A DNA stretch of 64,000 bases, from the NCBI GenBank assembly GCA_012295275.1, contig CM022674.1:9858001-9922000 (forward strand). Direction: 5' to 3'. This document shows positions 63,660 to 64,000 of the stretch, piece by piece. The notes under the pieces are model-generated. The model saw nothing but the letters and a program-made list of their open reading frames with translations, searched no databases and had not been told where the DNA came from. Position 1 is the first letter of the stretch. Each line of letters starts with the position of its first letter. This stretch comes from Chrysomallon squamiferum (Eukaryota > Animalia > Mollusca). The translations under genes and the position numbers were made by a program.

Positions 63660-63726
63660 ATGAATCCACATTTTGTACACGTTTTTTGGTTTCTATCAGT
63701 GCTTTGTCTGAGTCTTCCTGAAACAG
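63660..63726 (+). CDS. Signal-peptide first exon of a further gene, probably a tandem Ly6 paralog; continues beyond the window
   Basis: ATG...MNPHFVHVFWFLSVLCLSLPET-G|gtaag with a strong phase-1 donor. It parallels exon 1 of the upstream Ly6 gene (MNNTILALFYFLWIYYCLPIT-G|gtaaat) in length, phase and LPxT ending. Confidence 0.55.
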
Positions 63727-63868
63727 GTAAGAATCTATAAGATCTGTTTGTTACTAATACGCAATAACTCATACACTTTGAATCCAGTCATGCTATGTTG
63801 ATAGTGAGCGGAGTAACTGTCTGTTAATCTAGTTAAAATCTTCATTAATAAGATTGCTTTACCTGTGT

Positions 63869-63907
<39 letters not shown>

Positions 63908-64000
63908 CACATACATACATATACATACACACACACTGAAACACACACAAGGGGGTGTGTGGGTGGGTGTGGGTGTGGGTGTGGGTGGATGTTGTGACTC

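Noticed and set aside
63951-63988. G-quadruplex-capable GGG runs (also near 25692-25725)
   Set aside because: Simple variants of GT microsatellites with no evidence of function.

Overview
AT-rich, microsatellite-dense eukaryotic (animal) DNA with GT-AG introns. The gene content and style suggest a lophotrochozoan such as a mollusc, but that is inference. I assembled eight complete genes by hand, tracking splice phases: (+) an NRF-6/acyltransferase-3 gene with an apparent +1 frameshift in exon 4; (+) a sialin-like SLC17 transporter; (-) a secreted Reeler-domain protein with a Q/Y-rich tail; (-) an intronless folate-receptor-fold GPI protein; (-) SDHB, head-to-head with (+) a PPP1R35-like gene; (+) a secreted protein joining an FGFR-like Ig2-Ig3 pair to an 11-Cys C-terminal cystine knot; and (+) a Ly6/uPAR three-finger protein. 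The signal-peptide exon of a probable second Ly6 paralog lies at the window end. Non-coding features include a deleted Tigger/pogo element, a hAT terminus, minisatellites sharing a CTAGTACA core, several long palindromes and nuclear-receptor/ETS motif clusters. The best candidate for something new is the FGFR-ectodomain/cystine-knot fusion (47274-54933), which has no transmembrane or kinase region and looks like a natural dimeric ligand trap. Most short ORFs in the track are microsatellite artefacts. No databases were searched; reference sequences are quoted from memory.
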